Of a DNA stretch of 64,000 nt, positions 10,266 to 20,089 are shown one piece after another. Every line of letters starts with the position of its first letter. Positions within the stretch are counted from its first letter, which is position 1. Position numbers and translations under genes: made by a program. The notes below the pieces were generated by a model. That model ran no database searches. It was not told the origin of the DNA and worked only from the letters and a program-made list of their open reading frames with translations. Source of the stretch: an uncultured Candidatus Saccharibacteria bacterium (GTDB lineage: Bacteria > Patescibacteriota > Minisyncoccia > Phycocordibacterales > UBA1006). The stretch spans positions 243-64,242 of the forward strand of contig CAYQCC010000004.1 in the NCBI GenBank assembly GCA_964415895.1, given 5' to 3'.

Positions 10266-10283
10266 AAATGAAGCTTTTATTGA

Positions 10284-11459
10284 TTATTTCACTCGCAGCA
10301 ACTTGTTCATAGTCTGCGCAATTTTTATGAAATCTTTTTCCTTTTTTCCGCGCGTGGTTTCTGCACATGTTCCTAATCGAATTCCTGATGGATCCATAGG
10401 TGACCTAGTTTCCCCTGGTATTGTATTTTTATTTACAATAATTCCAGCGCGCTCTAATATATCACTTGCGTCTGATCCGGAAATTCCTTTTCCACCCATC
10501 CATGTATCTACAAGAACCATATGACTATCGGTTCCGCCAGAAACAATTCGCCAGCCAAGCTTTTTTAGTTCACCCATGAGCGCCTTTGCATTAATGATTA
10601 CCTGTTGTGCATACGTTTTGAATCTCGGACTTGCAGCTTCCTCCATAGCAACCGCGATCGCTGCAATTTGGTTCATATGCGGACCGCCCTGCATTCCAGG
10701 AAATACTGCTTTATCGATCTTTGTCGGTAATTTTCGCTCGTCTATCCTCGAGAAGATCATAGCAGATCGTGGACCGCGTAAACTTTTATGGGTCGTTGTT
10801 GTCACAACATCTGCATAAGGAAACGGCGATGGATATGCCTTTCCTGCAATTAGTCCTGCGATATGTGACATATCTACCATAAGGTACGCGCCGCATGCAT
10901 TTGCGATTTCGCGGAACTTCTTCCAGTCTACACGTCTAGGATATGCAGTGAATCCTGCAACAATAATATTTGGTTGCTCGTTCATTGCTTGTGCCTTCAA
11001 CTTTTTATAATCGATCATTTCAGTCTTTGGATCTACTACGAAGGGAATTTGTGTCCACGCCTTCCCTGTAATTGAAACCTTGTGACCATGTGTCAAATGT
11101 CCACCATTGGTCAAATCCATTCCCATAATTTTTCCACCAATCGGAAGAAGCGCGAGATATACAGCAACGTTTGCAGGCGACCCTGAAAGCGGCTGAACAT
11201 TCACTGACCATTTTTTACTAGATAGACCAAATAATTTCAATGCGCGTGTTTTTGCAAGATCTTCAACTTGGTCCACGATTTCATTTCCACCATAATAACG
11301 CGCGCCAGAATATCCTTCTGCGTATTTATTAGTGAGCTCTGTTCCTAGTGCTTCCAAGACATCGGCCGATACATAATTTTCTGACGCAATTAAATTAATC
11401 ACCGATTTCTGGCGCTTCTGTTCTGCTGCTATTAATTTTTTAACTTGAATATCTTTCAT
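10284..11459 (-). CDS. glyA: Serine hydroxymethyltransferase
   Basis: LIASENYVS, YAEGYSGARYYGG, and PLP-lysine motif TTTTHKSLRGPRS. Start taken at MKDIQVKK (11459). Confidence 0.95.
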   Translation of the reverse strand: MKDIQVKKLIAAEQKRQKSVINLIASENYVSADVLEALGTELTNKYAEGYSGARYYGGNEIVDQVEDLAKTRALKLFGLSSKKWSVNVQPLSGSPANVAVYLALLPIGGKIMGMDLTNGGHLTHGHKVSITGKAWTQIPFVVDPKTEMIDYKKLKAQAMNEQPNIIVAGFTAYPRRVDWKKFREIANACGAYLMVDMSHIAGLIAGKAYPSPFPYADVVTTTTHKSLRGPRSAMIFSRIDERKLPTKIDKAVFPGMQGGPHMNQIAAIAVAMEEAASPRFKTYAQQVIINAKALMGELKKLGWRIVSGGTDSHMVLVDTWMGGKGISGSDASDILERAGIIVNKNTIPGETRSPMDPSGIRLGTCAETTRGKKEKDFIKIAQTMNKLLRVK

Positions 11460-11469
11460 TTTGAAAAAA

Positions 11470-12435
11470 TTATTTACGATCTTTCTCATCAAAACCACCC
11501 GCAACGGTCATTTCGCCCTTCAAGGCAGGATGAGGATCATAACCTTCTAACGTTACATGCTCTGGTCTGAACGCTTCCAAACTTGTTGCATCGTCACTTA
11601 TGGTAAGTATTGGAAACGGTTTTGGTTCTCGAGACAATTGCTCCTTAACTTGCTCAATATGGTTGCTATAAATATGAGCGTCCCCAAATGTATGAACAAA
11701 TTCTCCTGGTTCATACCCGCAAATTTTAGCAATAATACATGTTAGTGCTGCATAACTGGCGATGTTGAACGGCACGCCAAGAAACATATCTGCACTTCGC
11801 TGATACAGCTGGCAAGAAAGTTTATTTCCGGAAACGTTAAAATGAAGCAAGATGTGGCACAATGGAAAACTCAGTGCTTCGCCAGGTAATGCCATTGCAT
11901 ACAAAAATTGCGGATTCCATACGGACATTACAGCGTGCTTTCGTTCAGGGAAATTCTTTAACGTATCAACAACCCATGCAAGCTGGTCGATCTTTCTTCC
12001 ATCAGCCGCAGGCCAAGCACGCCATTGTTCACCGTAGATACGAGGTAATTCACCATATTTTTTTGCGAACTCATCATCACTTGCAATATTAGTGATAAAC
12101 TCTTCTTTTGTAAGCTCGGGCACTTCCCCTTTTTTCACCAACTTCTGATAATCCTTGAAAGGATAGTCATCCCAGATGTGAACATTGTTGTCTACAAGAT
12201 ATTTGATATTTGTATCATCTTTCATAAACCAATTGAGTTCATGTAGAATACCTTTCCAGAATACTTTTTTTGTAGTCAGGAGTGGAAAGCCTTTTGAGAG
12301 GTCGTATCGAGCCTGGCGACCAAATACACTAATAAGACTATTTCCAGTATTATGATCTTTTTTTTCAATTCCGTGGTCAAGAATATCCTGAAGCATATCA
12401 AGATATTGATATTCTGGATGTCGATTTTTTTCCAT
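11470..12435 (-). CDS. thyA: Thymidylate synthase
   Basis: 321 aa. ThyA-like N-terminal YLDMLQDILDHG and other core motifs. Confidence 0.9.
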   Translation of the reverse strand: MEKNRHPEYQYLDMLQDILDHGIEKKDHNTGNSLISVFGRQARYDLSKGFPLLTTKKVFWKGILHELNWFMKDDTNIKYLVDNNVHIWDDYPFKDYQKLVKKGEVPELTKEEFITNIASDDEFAKKYGELPRIYGEQWRAWPAADGRKIDQLAWVVDTLKNFPERKHAVMSVWNPQFLYAMALPGEALSFPLCHILLHFNVSGNKLSCQLYQRSADMFLGVPFNIASYAALTCIIAKICGYEPGEFVHTFGDAHIYSNHIEQVKEQLSREPKPFPILTISDDATSLEAFRPEHVTLEGYDPHPALKGEMTVAGGFDEKDRK

Positions 12436-12463
12436 AGTAGTTTTGAATTAAGCTTGTAAAAAA

Positions 12464-13012
12464 TTAGTCTTCTTTTTTAGGAACAAAGTGTGTTGAATTT
12501 TCCGAATCGTAACGACCAACATCCTCATAATGCTTACTGGTTTCACTTGTTAGTTTTGCAAAGATAAGCTGTGCAACTTCCATACCAGGACGCAAGATAA
12601 TAGGAACGTTATTAGTATTCACCAACTCGAATGTTGGAAAGAATTTATGACCCGGATTAAACAACATGGCTGTGTTATGAACAACAAGACCTGCCCGAGC
12701 TAAACTTGATTTTCCAGACAATAAAATCAAATGCTTGTGGTCGACGCCGATAAATTCACGCTGCTTGCCTAGTACGCTTTCACCAGGATGAAGGATAAAT
12801 TCCCCACCATCTGCAACTGTGACTGTCTGCATATGTGGATAGATTTTGTTTACAGGATCAACAGCTACCGTACTATGACGTTCTGTAACCTCGAACTCAT
12901 TACCAAGCGTGACGTCATAGCTTGCAAGCTGTAATTGTGATTCGTTGAACGGCTCGATGATGATCGATCCATCTGCAATCCCTTTTTTGATATCAATATC
13001 TGAGAGAAACAT
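12464..13012 (-). CDS. dcd: dCTP deaminase
   Basis: 182 aa. MFLSDIDIKKGIADGSIIIEP, the dUTPase-like fold, and the SYDVTLG motif. Confidence 0.8.
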   Translation of the reverse strand: MFLSDIDIKKGIADGSIIIEPFNESQLQLASYDVTLGNEFEVTERHSTVAVDPVNKIYPHMQTVTVADGGEFILHPGESVLGKQREFIGVDHKHLILLSGKSSLARAGLVVHNTAMLFNPGHKFFPTFELVNTNNVPIILRPGMEVAQLIFAKLTSETSKHYEDVGRYDSENSTHFVPKKED

Positions 13013-13017
13013 ATGAT

Positions 13018-13689
13018 TTATTCGATATTAAAGACGTTGTCCGTCCCATAATAATCTTTCCAGTTCTCATTATAATACGAGAACATTCGCTCTAATTTGT
13101 CCTGTGGAAGTTCGCTGACACCACACTTTTGCATATAGTCCTCAAGTATTTTCTTTTTTGATTCGACTTCTGTCTGATCCGTAATAACACTTTCGAATTC
13201 TGCTAAATATCCGTATCCGCCGTTGTTATCAATGCATATATGCATGTCATCAAGCACATACTCCTGGCGTTCTCGCGACCATTTTGATTGGTATTCCAAT
13301 CCTGCATCAATAAGTCTTTTATCAAGCTCGTCTAGTGACATTGGGATTTCAGATTCAAATTCGATTCTTGAGATTCCGTTTGCACTGGAATCAGTTCCTA
13401 GTGAAGCTTTAATAACAAGAATTGCTTTCCCGTCAACACCGCGCGTTCGCACTGATAATTTATTTCCTTCTGTAATAATTTTATCAAATACCTCTTTCTT
13501 GTTAGATGGAATAATTTCAGCAAGTCCAGACGATAAATCATTTTTATGATGCAAAACAAAATAATGATTGAGCTGACTATTTGTATCAACAAGTTTTGCT
13601 CCGTCTGCAATAATCACTTGTTTTAATTTTTCTGCATTTTCTAATGTGCCAAGCAAGCTCTTGATCTCAATTTCATAAGTAGATGACAT
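13018..13689 (-). CDS. CYTH-domain protein (CyaB/thiamine-triphosphatase-like)
   Basis: N-terminal YEIEIK ExExK signature of the CYTH domain. 223 aa. Confidence 0.5.
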   Translation of the reverse strand: MSSTYEIEIKSLLGTLENAEKLKQVIIADGAKLVDTNSQLNHYFVLHHKNDLSSGLAEIIPSNKKEVFDKIITEGNKLSVRTRGVDGKAILVIKASLGTDSSANGISRIEFESEIPMSLDELDKRLIDAGLEYQSKWSRERQEYVLDDMHICIDNNGGYGYLAEFESVITDQTEVESKKKILEDYMQKCGVSELPQDKLERMFSYYNENWKDYYGTDNVFNIE

Positions 13690-13829
13690 ATATATTTGGA
13701 GAGATTATCTAATACCTTCTCATTATACCATTTGCAAATATTGCAAAACCCTAGACACCGTACCGGAAGATTGTCGTAGTGCAGATAAAAAGCCTTTATA
13801 AAATACATTTCCTACCAATTGGAATAAAT

Positions 13830-14393
13830 ATGCAACATGTTATAAACTATGCTTGTATGGAAACGCACTATGGAACAATACAAGCATTGATGTGTCTCCA
13901 ATATCCTGATGGTGGAATTGGATATTTGAACGATCTTATTTGGAAAGGACTGAAAGGTGACATGAAAATTTTCAAGGAGAAAACTGTCGAACACGTCGTT
14001 ATCATGGGACATGGAACATTTAGCAGTCTCGGATTTAAACCACTTCCTAATCGACAAAATATTGTAATAACCAGAGAGCCAAACGAACTCAAGGAATACG
14101 AACATATTCATATCGCAACTAATCCAATCGAGGCACTGCACTTGGCACGCAAGCAGTGGCCAAAAAAAGATATTTGCATTATTGGAGGTGCACAAATCTG
14201 TCGTGAATTACTTCCTTATTGCCAGAAACTATTTATCACAGAAGTGCATGGCAATAAAACTGCCGATACACTCATGCATTTGCCTGAAGGATTAATCGAA
14301 ATATCTCGAGAAAAAGGACCAGACGAGACATATGAATATTTCTTTGTCGAGTACAAAAATCCAAATGCATTAGAAATTCCAGAAGATAAATAA
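13830..14393 (+). CDS. folA: Dihydrofolate reductase
   Basis: GIGYLNDLIWKGLKGDMKIFKEKT...VIMGHGTFSSLG...LPNRQNIVITR...IGGAQI matches the DHFR core. Start uncertain (13779, 13830 or 13854). Confidence 0.7.
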   Translation: MQHVINYACMETHYGTIQALMCLQYPDGGIGYLNDLIWKGLKGDMKIFKEKTVEHVVIMGHGTFSSLGFKPLPNRQNIVITREPNELKEYEHIHIATNPIEALHLARKQWPKKDICIIGGAQICRELLPYCQKLFITEVHGNKTADTLMHLPEGLIEISREKGPDETYEYFFVEYKNPNALEIPEDK

Positions 14394-14422
14394 AAAACAC
14401 CAATTGGTGTTTTTTATTTGAT
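14394..14422. terminator. Bidirectional intrinsic terminator between folA and rplK
   Basis: aaaaaacaccaattggtgtttttta: palindrome flanked by A- and T-runs between convergent genes. Confidence 0.6.
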
Positions 14423-14836
14423 ATCAATACCCATTGATCGAGCTGATCCTGCAACAGTTTTCATTGCAGCCTCAACATCAGAAGTATTTAAATCAGGAAG
14501 CTTTTTCTCTGCAATTTCTCGCAGTTGAGCTTGTGTGATTGAACCAGCTTTTTTCTTTGCGTTTGACCCAGAACCACTTGTGATTCCTGCAGCTTTTTTA
14601 AGCATTGCAGACATCGGAGGTGTCTTGATAACAAACTCGAAAGTTCGATCATCAAAGATAGTCATCGCAACGGAAGTCATTTCTCCCATCTGTTCCTTTG
14701 TAGCAGTGTTGAACTGGTTTACAAAGTCACCGATATTAATACCAGTTTGTCCCAATACTGGTCCAAGTGGTGGAGCTGGTGTAGCTTTTCCTCCAACAAT
14801 CTGGAGCTTAAGCTGTTTCATTATCTTTTTTGCCAT
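14414..14836 (-). CDS. rplK: 50S ribosomal protein L11
   Basis: MAKKIMKQLKLQIVGGKATPAPPLGPVLGQTGINI is the canonical L11 N-terminus. Confidence 0.9.
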   Translation of the reverse strand: MAKKIMKQLKLQIVGGKATPAPPLGPVLGQTGINIGDFVNQFNTATKEQMGEMTSVAMTIFDDRTFEFVIKTPPMSAMLKKAAGITSGSGSNAKKKAGSITQAQLREIAEKKLPDLNTSDVEAAMKTVAGSARSMGIDIK

Positions 14837-14976
14837 AGTAAGTTTAGTTAGTTGCAAACAAGGTTTGAAGCTCCCTGTCTGCGGTTATCAGATTAATCTG
14901 AAAGCGTAACAAAACCTATATTACCGATTTTTTTGGAAATGTAAAGTAAATAAAAACTCCCTTTAAAAGGCAGTTT

Positions 14977-15525
14977 TTAAATCTTCTTCACTTGCACGAA
15001 ATCAAGTTCTACTGATGTTTCTCGTCCGAACATAGAAACCATCACTTTTACTTTTCCTCGGTCGTGGTCAACTTCTGAAACGCGACCTTCAAAATCTTTG
15101 AAAGGTCCGTCATTAATGTTAACAATTTCTCCTGGTGCAACTAATATTGTGTGTTTTGCTTTTTCAGCACCTTCCATTCGTGAGAACAAGAAATTAATCT
15201 CCTCTTCTGAAACGGCAACAGGCGTTGTTCCTGAACCAACGAATCCGGTAACACGTGGAGTGTTTCGAACCACATACCAACTGTCATCGTCTACAATCAT
15301 ATCTACTAATACGTAACCTGGGTAAATACGATCTTCAACTTCGATTTTTTTATTTCCTTTAATCTTTACAACTTTTTCAGTTGGTACAACAACATTGAAA
15401 ATCTTTTCAGTCATTCCTAAAGATTCTGCACGTTGCTTTAAATTACGCATTACTGCGTTTTCATATCCTGCATAAGTATGGATCGCGTACCAATTGCGAC
15501 CCTGTTGCATTTCTTGTCGTGACAT
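14977..15525 (-). CDS. nusG: Transcription termination/antitermination factor NusG
   Basis: WYAIHTYAGYENAV NGN domain and C-terminal KOW. Confidence 0.9.
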   Translation of the reverse strand: MSRQEMQQGRNWYAIHTYAGYENAVMRNLKQRAESLGMTEKIFNVVVPTEKVVKIKGNKKIEVEDRIYPGYVLVDMIVDDDSWYVVRNTPRVTGFVGSGTTPVAVSEEEINFLFSRMEGAEKAKHTILVAPGEIVNINDGPFKDFEGRVSEVDHDRGKVKVMVSMFGRETSVELDFVQVKKI

Positions 15526-15557
15526 ATCAAGGAAAAGATTAAAACGTTAATAAAAGG

Positions 15558-15743
15558 CTATTTAGCAATCAACACTTGGAGTATCTTGTTGAAAATTCCA
15601 TCGAATAATCCCAAGTAAAATCCAACTGCCACTGAAAGAACAATCACAATTGCTGTGTGTCCTAATGCCTCGGTTGGTGACAACCAAGTTGTTTTTTTAG
15701 CTTCGCTACCGACGCCTTTAAAAAAAGTAATCACTGAATTCAT
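15558..15743 (-). CDS. secE: Preprotein translocase subunit SecE
   Basis: About 61 aa from MNSVITFFKGVGSEAKKTTWLSPTEA plus a single TM helix. Sits directly upstream of nusG. Confidence 0.7.
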   Translation of the reverse strand: MNSVITFFKGVGSEAKKTTWLSPTEALGHTAIVIVLSVAVGFYLGLFDGIFNKILQVLIAK

Positions 15744-15824
15744 AATGGTGTGAATATAGCAGAAAATCCAGTAAAAGTCTAGTTTTAGTGATTTATGAGT
15801 GAGTTCAACTAAAAAACTCAAAGC

Positions 15825-15942
15825 AAATATCGAGATTCGAGGACCGAACCCGCAGCACCATAGGTGCGTGAGGGCGCTTGCGTTCCGCAGAATCGAGAGA
15901 TTGCTTTGAGTTTTTTAGTTGAGTGACCTTATTTTGTCTCTG
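15825..15942. repeat. 22-bp perfect inverted repeat flanking a 74-nt core (long hairpin / possible structured RNA or MITE-like element)
   Basis: tcaactaaaaaactcaaagcaa (15825-15846) is the exact reverse complement of 15921-15942. The loop contains an internal hairpin GCACCataGGTGC. Confidence 0.6.
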
Positions 15943-16333
15943 GATTGCAATTCTTACATTTACACCCTTTTGGTTTGATATGTTCGTCAAAAAATTCTTC
16001 GCCGTAATTGTAGGTCAATTCTTCGCCTTCCTTGATATTAGTGAACGCATAAATAAAGATATGGTCACGCACATTCAGCGCATCGCAATTCCCTTGTCCA
16101 CATTGATGATTGATATAACGTGCCTTGTTATAGCGAGGCGATCCGTCGATCGTCCACTTTGAATTAATCTCGAACAAATACTGGCCACCGCGTTTTTGAG
16201 CTTCAGCATCAGTAATTTTCTCACCAATATATTCAATAATTTTTGTATCTTTTGCAATATCCTGTCCTGCGAACAATCCCATTCCTGCATAAGATCTTTT
16301 TACGTGTACCAGTGGTTTTTTCATACGAAACAA
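15929..16333 (-). CDS. SET-domain protein (putative protein-lysine methyltransferase)
   Basis: GMGLFAGQDI, RYINHQCGQGNCDA (NHxC), ELTYNYG and post-SET CKCKNC. Confidence 0.75.
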   Translation of the reverse strand: MFRMKKPLVHVKRSYAGMGLFAGQDIAKDTKIIEYIGEKITDAEAQKRGGQYLFEINSKWTIDGSPRYNKARYINHQCGQGNCDALNVRDHIFIYAFTNIKEGEELTYNYGEEFFDEHIKPKGCKCKNCNPETK

Positions 16334-16416
16334 TCATACCAGATGCACAAAAAAAGTCACCTTATAACAAAATGACTTTTTCTTATGAAATAAAGAATGT
16401 ATATTTATTGATGTAA

Positions 16417-17052
16417 TTAGCGTGTCACAGGAAATTTAACTATTTCCCAGTGCGTCATACCTTTATCATCAATAAAATTGATCTCGCAACGATCGCTGTA
16501 ATAAGCGATTGGAAAATAACTAACATACGTGTAACCAGCATTTAATGGTGCAGAAAAACTTGTAGTTTGCTGCACTCCATTGATCACTAATGTCACACTA
16601 AGCCCTTTTGTCTGAGCAGTAGGCGTTGTTGTGGAAGTAGTTGAGACAATGGTCGTTGCAGGTATCATTACCGAAGTCGTCAGGTACGAGATTGGTTGAT
16701 AGGTAACCGGAGGCGCCGGGTATAGATATGAATACGTATACGTTGGCATTGCCCAACTATTATTCATGGAAAGCCAAGGCTGAAAGCCGTAGCTCACAGG
16801 GCAATAGGGTGCAACCTGATTGTTGCTCCACTTATAATCATTCCATGCGTAATTGTTTCCATACCCGTAATTTGAACTGTTCCACAAATTTGAATTCCGT
16901 GATTGATAGCTTTTTTGAGAACCAAAGCCAAGGTTGAATGACAATCCGTTACGAGGATAAAACGTTTGGTTACACCCATTCCATTTCCAGGATTGAGCGC
17001 TGACACAATGAACAGATACGATCACTGAAAGCCAGAGGACTAAAGTTTTCAT
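16417..17052 (-). CDS. Secreted low-complexity (Asn/Ser/Tyr/Trp-rich, Thr-linker) protein
   Basis: Signal peptide MKTLVLWLSVIVSVHCVSAQ. N/S/Y/W-rich repeats and a TTSTTTPT linker. Confidence 0.5.
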   Translation of the reverse strand: MKTLVLWLSVIVSVHCVSAQSWKWNGCNQTFYPRNGLSFNLGFGSQKSYQSRNSNLWNSSNYGYGNNYAWNDYKWSNNQVAPYCPVSYGFQPWLSMNNSWAMPTYTYSYLYPAPPVTYQPISYLTTSVMIPATTIVSTTSTTTPTAQTKGLSVTLVINGVQQTTSFSAPLNAGYTYVSYFPIAYYSDRCEINFIDDKGMTHWEIVKFPVTR

Positions 17053-17106
17053 TTTTTCTTTTCATTATACCATTTTTCCAACTGGACTAACTACGTTAAG
17101 TGTTTT

Positions 17107-17760
17107 CTAATTTTTCTGTATTTTCTTGGCTTTTTTGCGTCTTTTAAGCCACCAGAAGAATGTTATCAGGAATAATCCGATGACAACTAAGCCAATATTC
17201 TCCAATCGTCCAATATCTGATGAAACAGTATCAATCGTATTTCCAAATAACCATCCAACTATTCCAAGTCCTGTTGCGCGAATAAACACACCGATAAATG
17301 ACAGTATAATATAACGCCACCATGACATCTCAACCATTCCTCCATAAATCGCAAGTGCAACAGATGGAATAACAGGAAACGCACGCATGGCAACAAACGC
17401 AACATCATCCCATGATGTCTTTGCAAGTTTTTCTTCGAGTTCTTTAATATCAGAAACGGATACACCTACCCATTTTCCCCATCGATCAACCATCTTAATT
17501 CCAAATTTACGAGCGAGCCACACATACGGCAATGATCCGATTGTCACACCAAGCGCTGCCGGAATTGAAATTTGAAAAATTAATTTCAAGATTGAAAAAA
17601 TATTCACCGGATCGCCGTTCATAATAAAAATACCAGCACCCATTTGAACCAACGATGATGGAATCAGTGAAATAAGCTCCTCTACAATCGACGCTGCAAA
17701 TACGCCTAATCCGCCAGCAGCCGCAATCCATTGTTGTAATGAGTGAATGAAAAAATCCAT
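17107..17760 (-). CDS. DedA/VTT-domain membrane protein
   Basis: Multiple TM helices with DedA-like conserved Gly/Pro/Arg positions (ARKFG, RAFPVIPS). Confidence 0.7.
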   Translation of the reverse strand: MDFFIHSLQQWIAAAGGLGVFAASIVEELISLIPSSLVQMGAGIFIMNGDPVNIFSILKLIFQISIPAALGVTIGSLPYVWLARKFGIKMVDRWGKWVGVSVSDIKELEEKLAKTSWDDVAFVAMRAFPVIPSVALAIYGGMVEMSWWRYIILSFIGVFIRATGLGIVGWLFGNTIDTVSSDIGRLENIGLVVIGLFLITFFWWLKRRKKAKKIQKN

Positions 17761-17853
17761 AAGATGAAATCAGTATAGCACGGACTTATCATGGAATGAA
17801 AAAACTGCAGGATATCCTGCAGCAATCTAAATCATAACTTGATTCTGTAACCG

Positions 17854-18321
17854 TTAAGTGTTGGCAAGTTTGCCCGAATCTTTGGATTGGAAATAAATCT
17901 TGTATCCAAAACCAAGCAATGCTGGTCCAAATACTGAACCCAGAACTGTCATCGTAGTGAGTAATTCGCTCCAAGATGATACTGTTTTGTTTTCATACAA
18001 AATCCAAAAGTTTCCAAGCCACATAAGCACCAAAAGCCCTATTGCAAATATAAATGGAGCATAGGATTTCATGTTGGAATTTTTGTCATGATCTTCCCAA
18101 AAAGGAATCACGCGCGCAGGATCAATCCCGCAGAAAAACATAAGAAATTGAATACTCATCAAAAAGATCCAGGATGCCCTCTGATCAATAAGAGTAACAA
18201 GTGCACACAGCACTGTGGTCCAAAAAATACTTGTAATTTTTTTCACTTTAATTTGGTTGAGGTTATTAACAAATGTACATGTCGGGAAATAGATTACATT
18301 AATATCGGTATATGTCAACAT
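17854..18321 (-). CDS. Hypothetical membrane protein
   Basis: 155 aa, 4 predicted TM helices. Confidence 0.3.
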   Translation of the reverse strand: MLTYTDINVIYFPTCTFVNNLNQIKVKKITSIFWTTVLCALVTLIDQRASWIFLMSIQFLMFFCGIDPARVIPFWEDHDKNSNMKSYAPFIFAIGLLVLMWLGNFWILYENKTVSSWSELLTTMTVLGSVFGPALLGFGYKIYFQSKDSGKLANT

Positions 18322-18387
18322 GCTTCATTTAAAAAACCATACAGTACTGTAAAGCATTGCATGGTTTTTCGAGGATTTTTTGTTTTA

Positions 18388-18795
18388 CTAACTCGCGCTT
18401 GAAAATGAAATTGTTCTTGTTTTTGCAAAAAACTTTCCAAAATAGTACCCGATTACAAATGGTGCAATCAAGATACATATTGTCATCAGTGCATAAATTA
18501 TTTTTTCATAACTACCTTTTGAAAGGAATTCCCAGATAAAGAAAAAAGCTTTAATGCCGGACACAGCAAAAAGTATCGAGCAGGCAACAAGACACATGAA
18601 CATGAATGGACCCAACGCTCTTTCTGAAGGAGTACTTACAGATCCATCTAATTCTTTTGGTTTGGAAAGCGATTGTGCAAAATGAAACGTGCTTAGCATG
18701 ACACCCGCTGTCATGATGAAATTAAATTCCATCTTGAAAAAAGAAGCAATCCCAGATATGACCGTGATTACTAAAAAAATGATCTGTTTTTTCAT
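18388..18795 (-). CDS. Hypothetical membrane protein
   Basis: 135 aa, 4 predicted TM helices. Confidence 0.3.
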   Translation of the reverse strand: MKKQIIFLVITVISGIASFFKMEFNFIMTAGVMLSTFHFAQSLSKPKELDGSVSTPSERALGPFMFMCLVACSILFAVSGIKAFFFIWEFLSKGSYEKIIYALMTICILIAPFVIGYYFGKFFAKTRTISFSSAS

Positions 18796-18853
18796 CGTTT
18801 TTAAATATTTAGAGTTATTGAATTTGTTTTAGAATTAAAATCATTCTACATAT

Positions 18854-20026
18854 CTATACTATTGTGTCAATGTTTTCCTCTGGATTCCAATACTTCTTCC
18901 CTTTCAGCTTCTCTGGTAACAAATCCTCGTCAGTATATTTCTCATAGCCTTCGCCATAACCAAGATTCTTCATCAATTTTGTTGGTGCGTTGCGAATGTT
19001 TAGTGGGATCGGCAGATTTCCATTTTTCTTTGCATCATCCATCGCGGCAAGATACGCGTAATACACGACCTTTGTTTTTGGAGCAAGAGATAAATAAACA
19101 ACGCCATGCGCTAAATTGATTCCTGCTTCCGGATAGCCAATCGTTTCCACTGCCCGAAACACTGCGTTTGCCAGAACCAGCGCATGCGGATCGAGCATTC
19201 CAATATCTTCACTTGCAAAAATCACCATGCGCCGCGCAATAAACTTTGGATCTTCGCCGGACTCGATCATACGCGCCATGTAATACAGTGCTGCATCAGG
19301 CTGCGATGCGCGCATAGATTTTATAAATGCAGAAATCGTATTGTAATGCTCGTCACCTTTTTTATCATAACGCAGATGTTTTGATTGAAGTGTCTGTTTT
19401 AAATTTTCAATCGTTACATCACCATATAATTGCGCCGTGTTTTCAATCATCGCGATCGCTTGGCGCGCATCGCCACCTGCCATCTCTACTAACCAGTCAG
19501 TTGCCTTAGTGTCCAGTTGTTGATTCGTACGCTTGATAATTTCTCGCATGTCGTCGTCGGTAAGTTCGTTCAGTACGAACACTCGACAACGTGACAGAAG
19601 CGCTGGAATAACTTCGAAGCTTGGATTTTCTGTCGTTGCGCCAATCAACACAAGCGAACCACTTTCAACATATGGTAGTAGGAAATCTTGCTGTGCTTTA
19701 TTAAATCGATGAATCTCGTCAAGAAACAAAATCTTTGGTCCGAACAATGCTCCGCCTTCTACAATTTGGCGGATGTCATCTTTTCCAGCAGAAACAGCCG
19801 ACAATTCGTGATAGTCGGCCTTCAATGCTTTTGCGTAAATCCTTGCTAGTGTGGTTTTTCCAACACCAGGCGGTCCCCATAAAATGAACGAGAACACATG
19901 TTGAGCTTCAATAGCAACACGAAGCGGGCCCGCAGTTTTTTTATCTGTGGCATTTCCTACTAAATGCTGCTGTCCAACATATTCATCCAGATTTTTAGGC
20001 CTTATTTGTGCTGCAAGCGGTTCCAT
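18854..20026 (-). CDS. rarA: Replication-associated recombination protein A (AAA ATPase)
   Basis: Walker [10 protein letters not shown], Walker [10 protein letters not shown], and MgsA/RarA C-terminal helical/tetramerisation regions. Confidence 0.9.
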   Translation of the reverse strand: MEPLAAQIRPKNLDEYVGQQHLVGNATDKKTAGPLRVAIEAQHVFSFILWGPPGVGKTTLARIYAKALKADYHELSAVSAGKDDIRQIVEGGALFGPKILFLDEIHRFNKAQQDFLLPYVESGSLVLIGATTENPSFEVIPALLSRCRVFVLNELTDDDMREIIKRTNQQLDTKATDWLVEMAGGDARQAIAMIENTAQLYGDVTIENLKQTLQSKHLRYDKKGDEHYNTISAFIKSMRASQPDAALYYMARMIESGEDPKFIARRMVIFASEDIGMLDPHALVLANAVFRAVETIGYPEAGINLAHGVVYLSLAPKTKVVYYAYLAAMDDAKKNGNLPIPLNIRNAPTKLMKNLGYGEGYEKYTDEDLLPEKLKGKKYWNPEENIDTIV

Positions 20027-20089
20027 AACCCTATTATACCATCAAACTGACAATGCTTACTTGCGGCAAATAAGTGGTATAATAGAGAT

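Noticed and set aside
14393-14414. Expected rplA immediately downstream of rplK
   Set aside because: Absent; rplK is followed by a terminator and the convergent folA, so L1 must be elsewhere.
15847-15920. 74-nt core of the inverted repeat as a tRNA-Trp
   Set aside because: Could not form a 7-bp acceptor stem or a T-arm on either strand; left as an unexplained structured element.
15805-15990. 61-aa minus-strand ORF upstream of secE that could have been rpmG (L33)
   Set aside because: Uses a TTG start, lacks the Y.T.KNKR / Cys motifs of L33, and runs through the inverted-repeat element.
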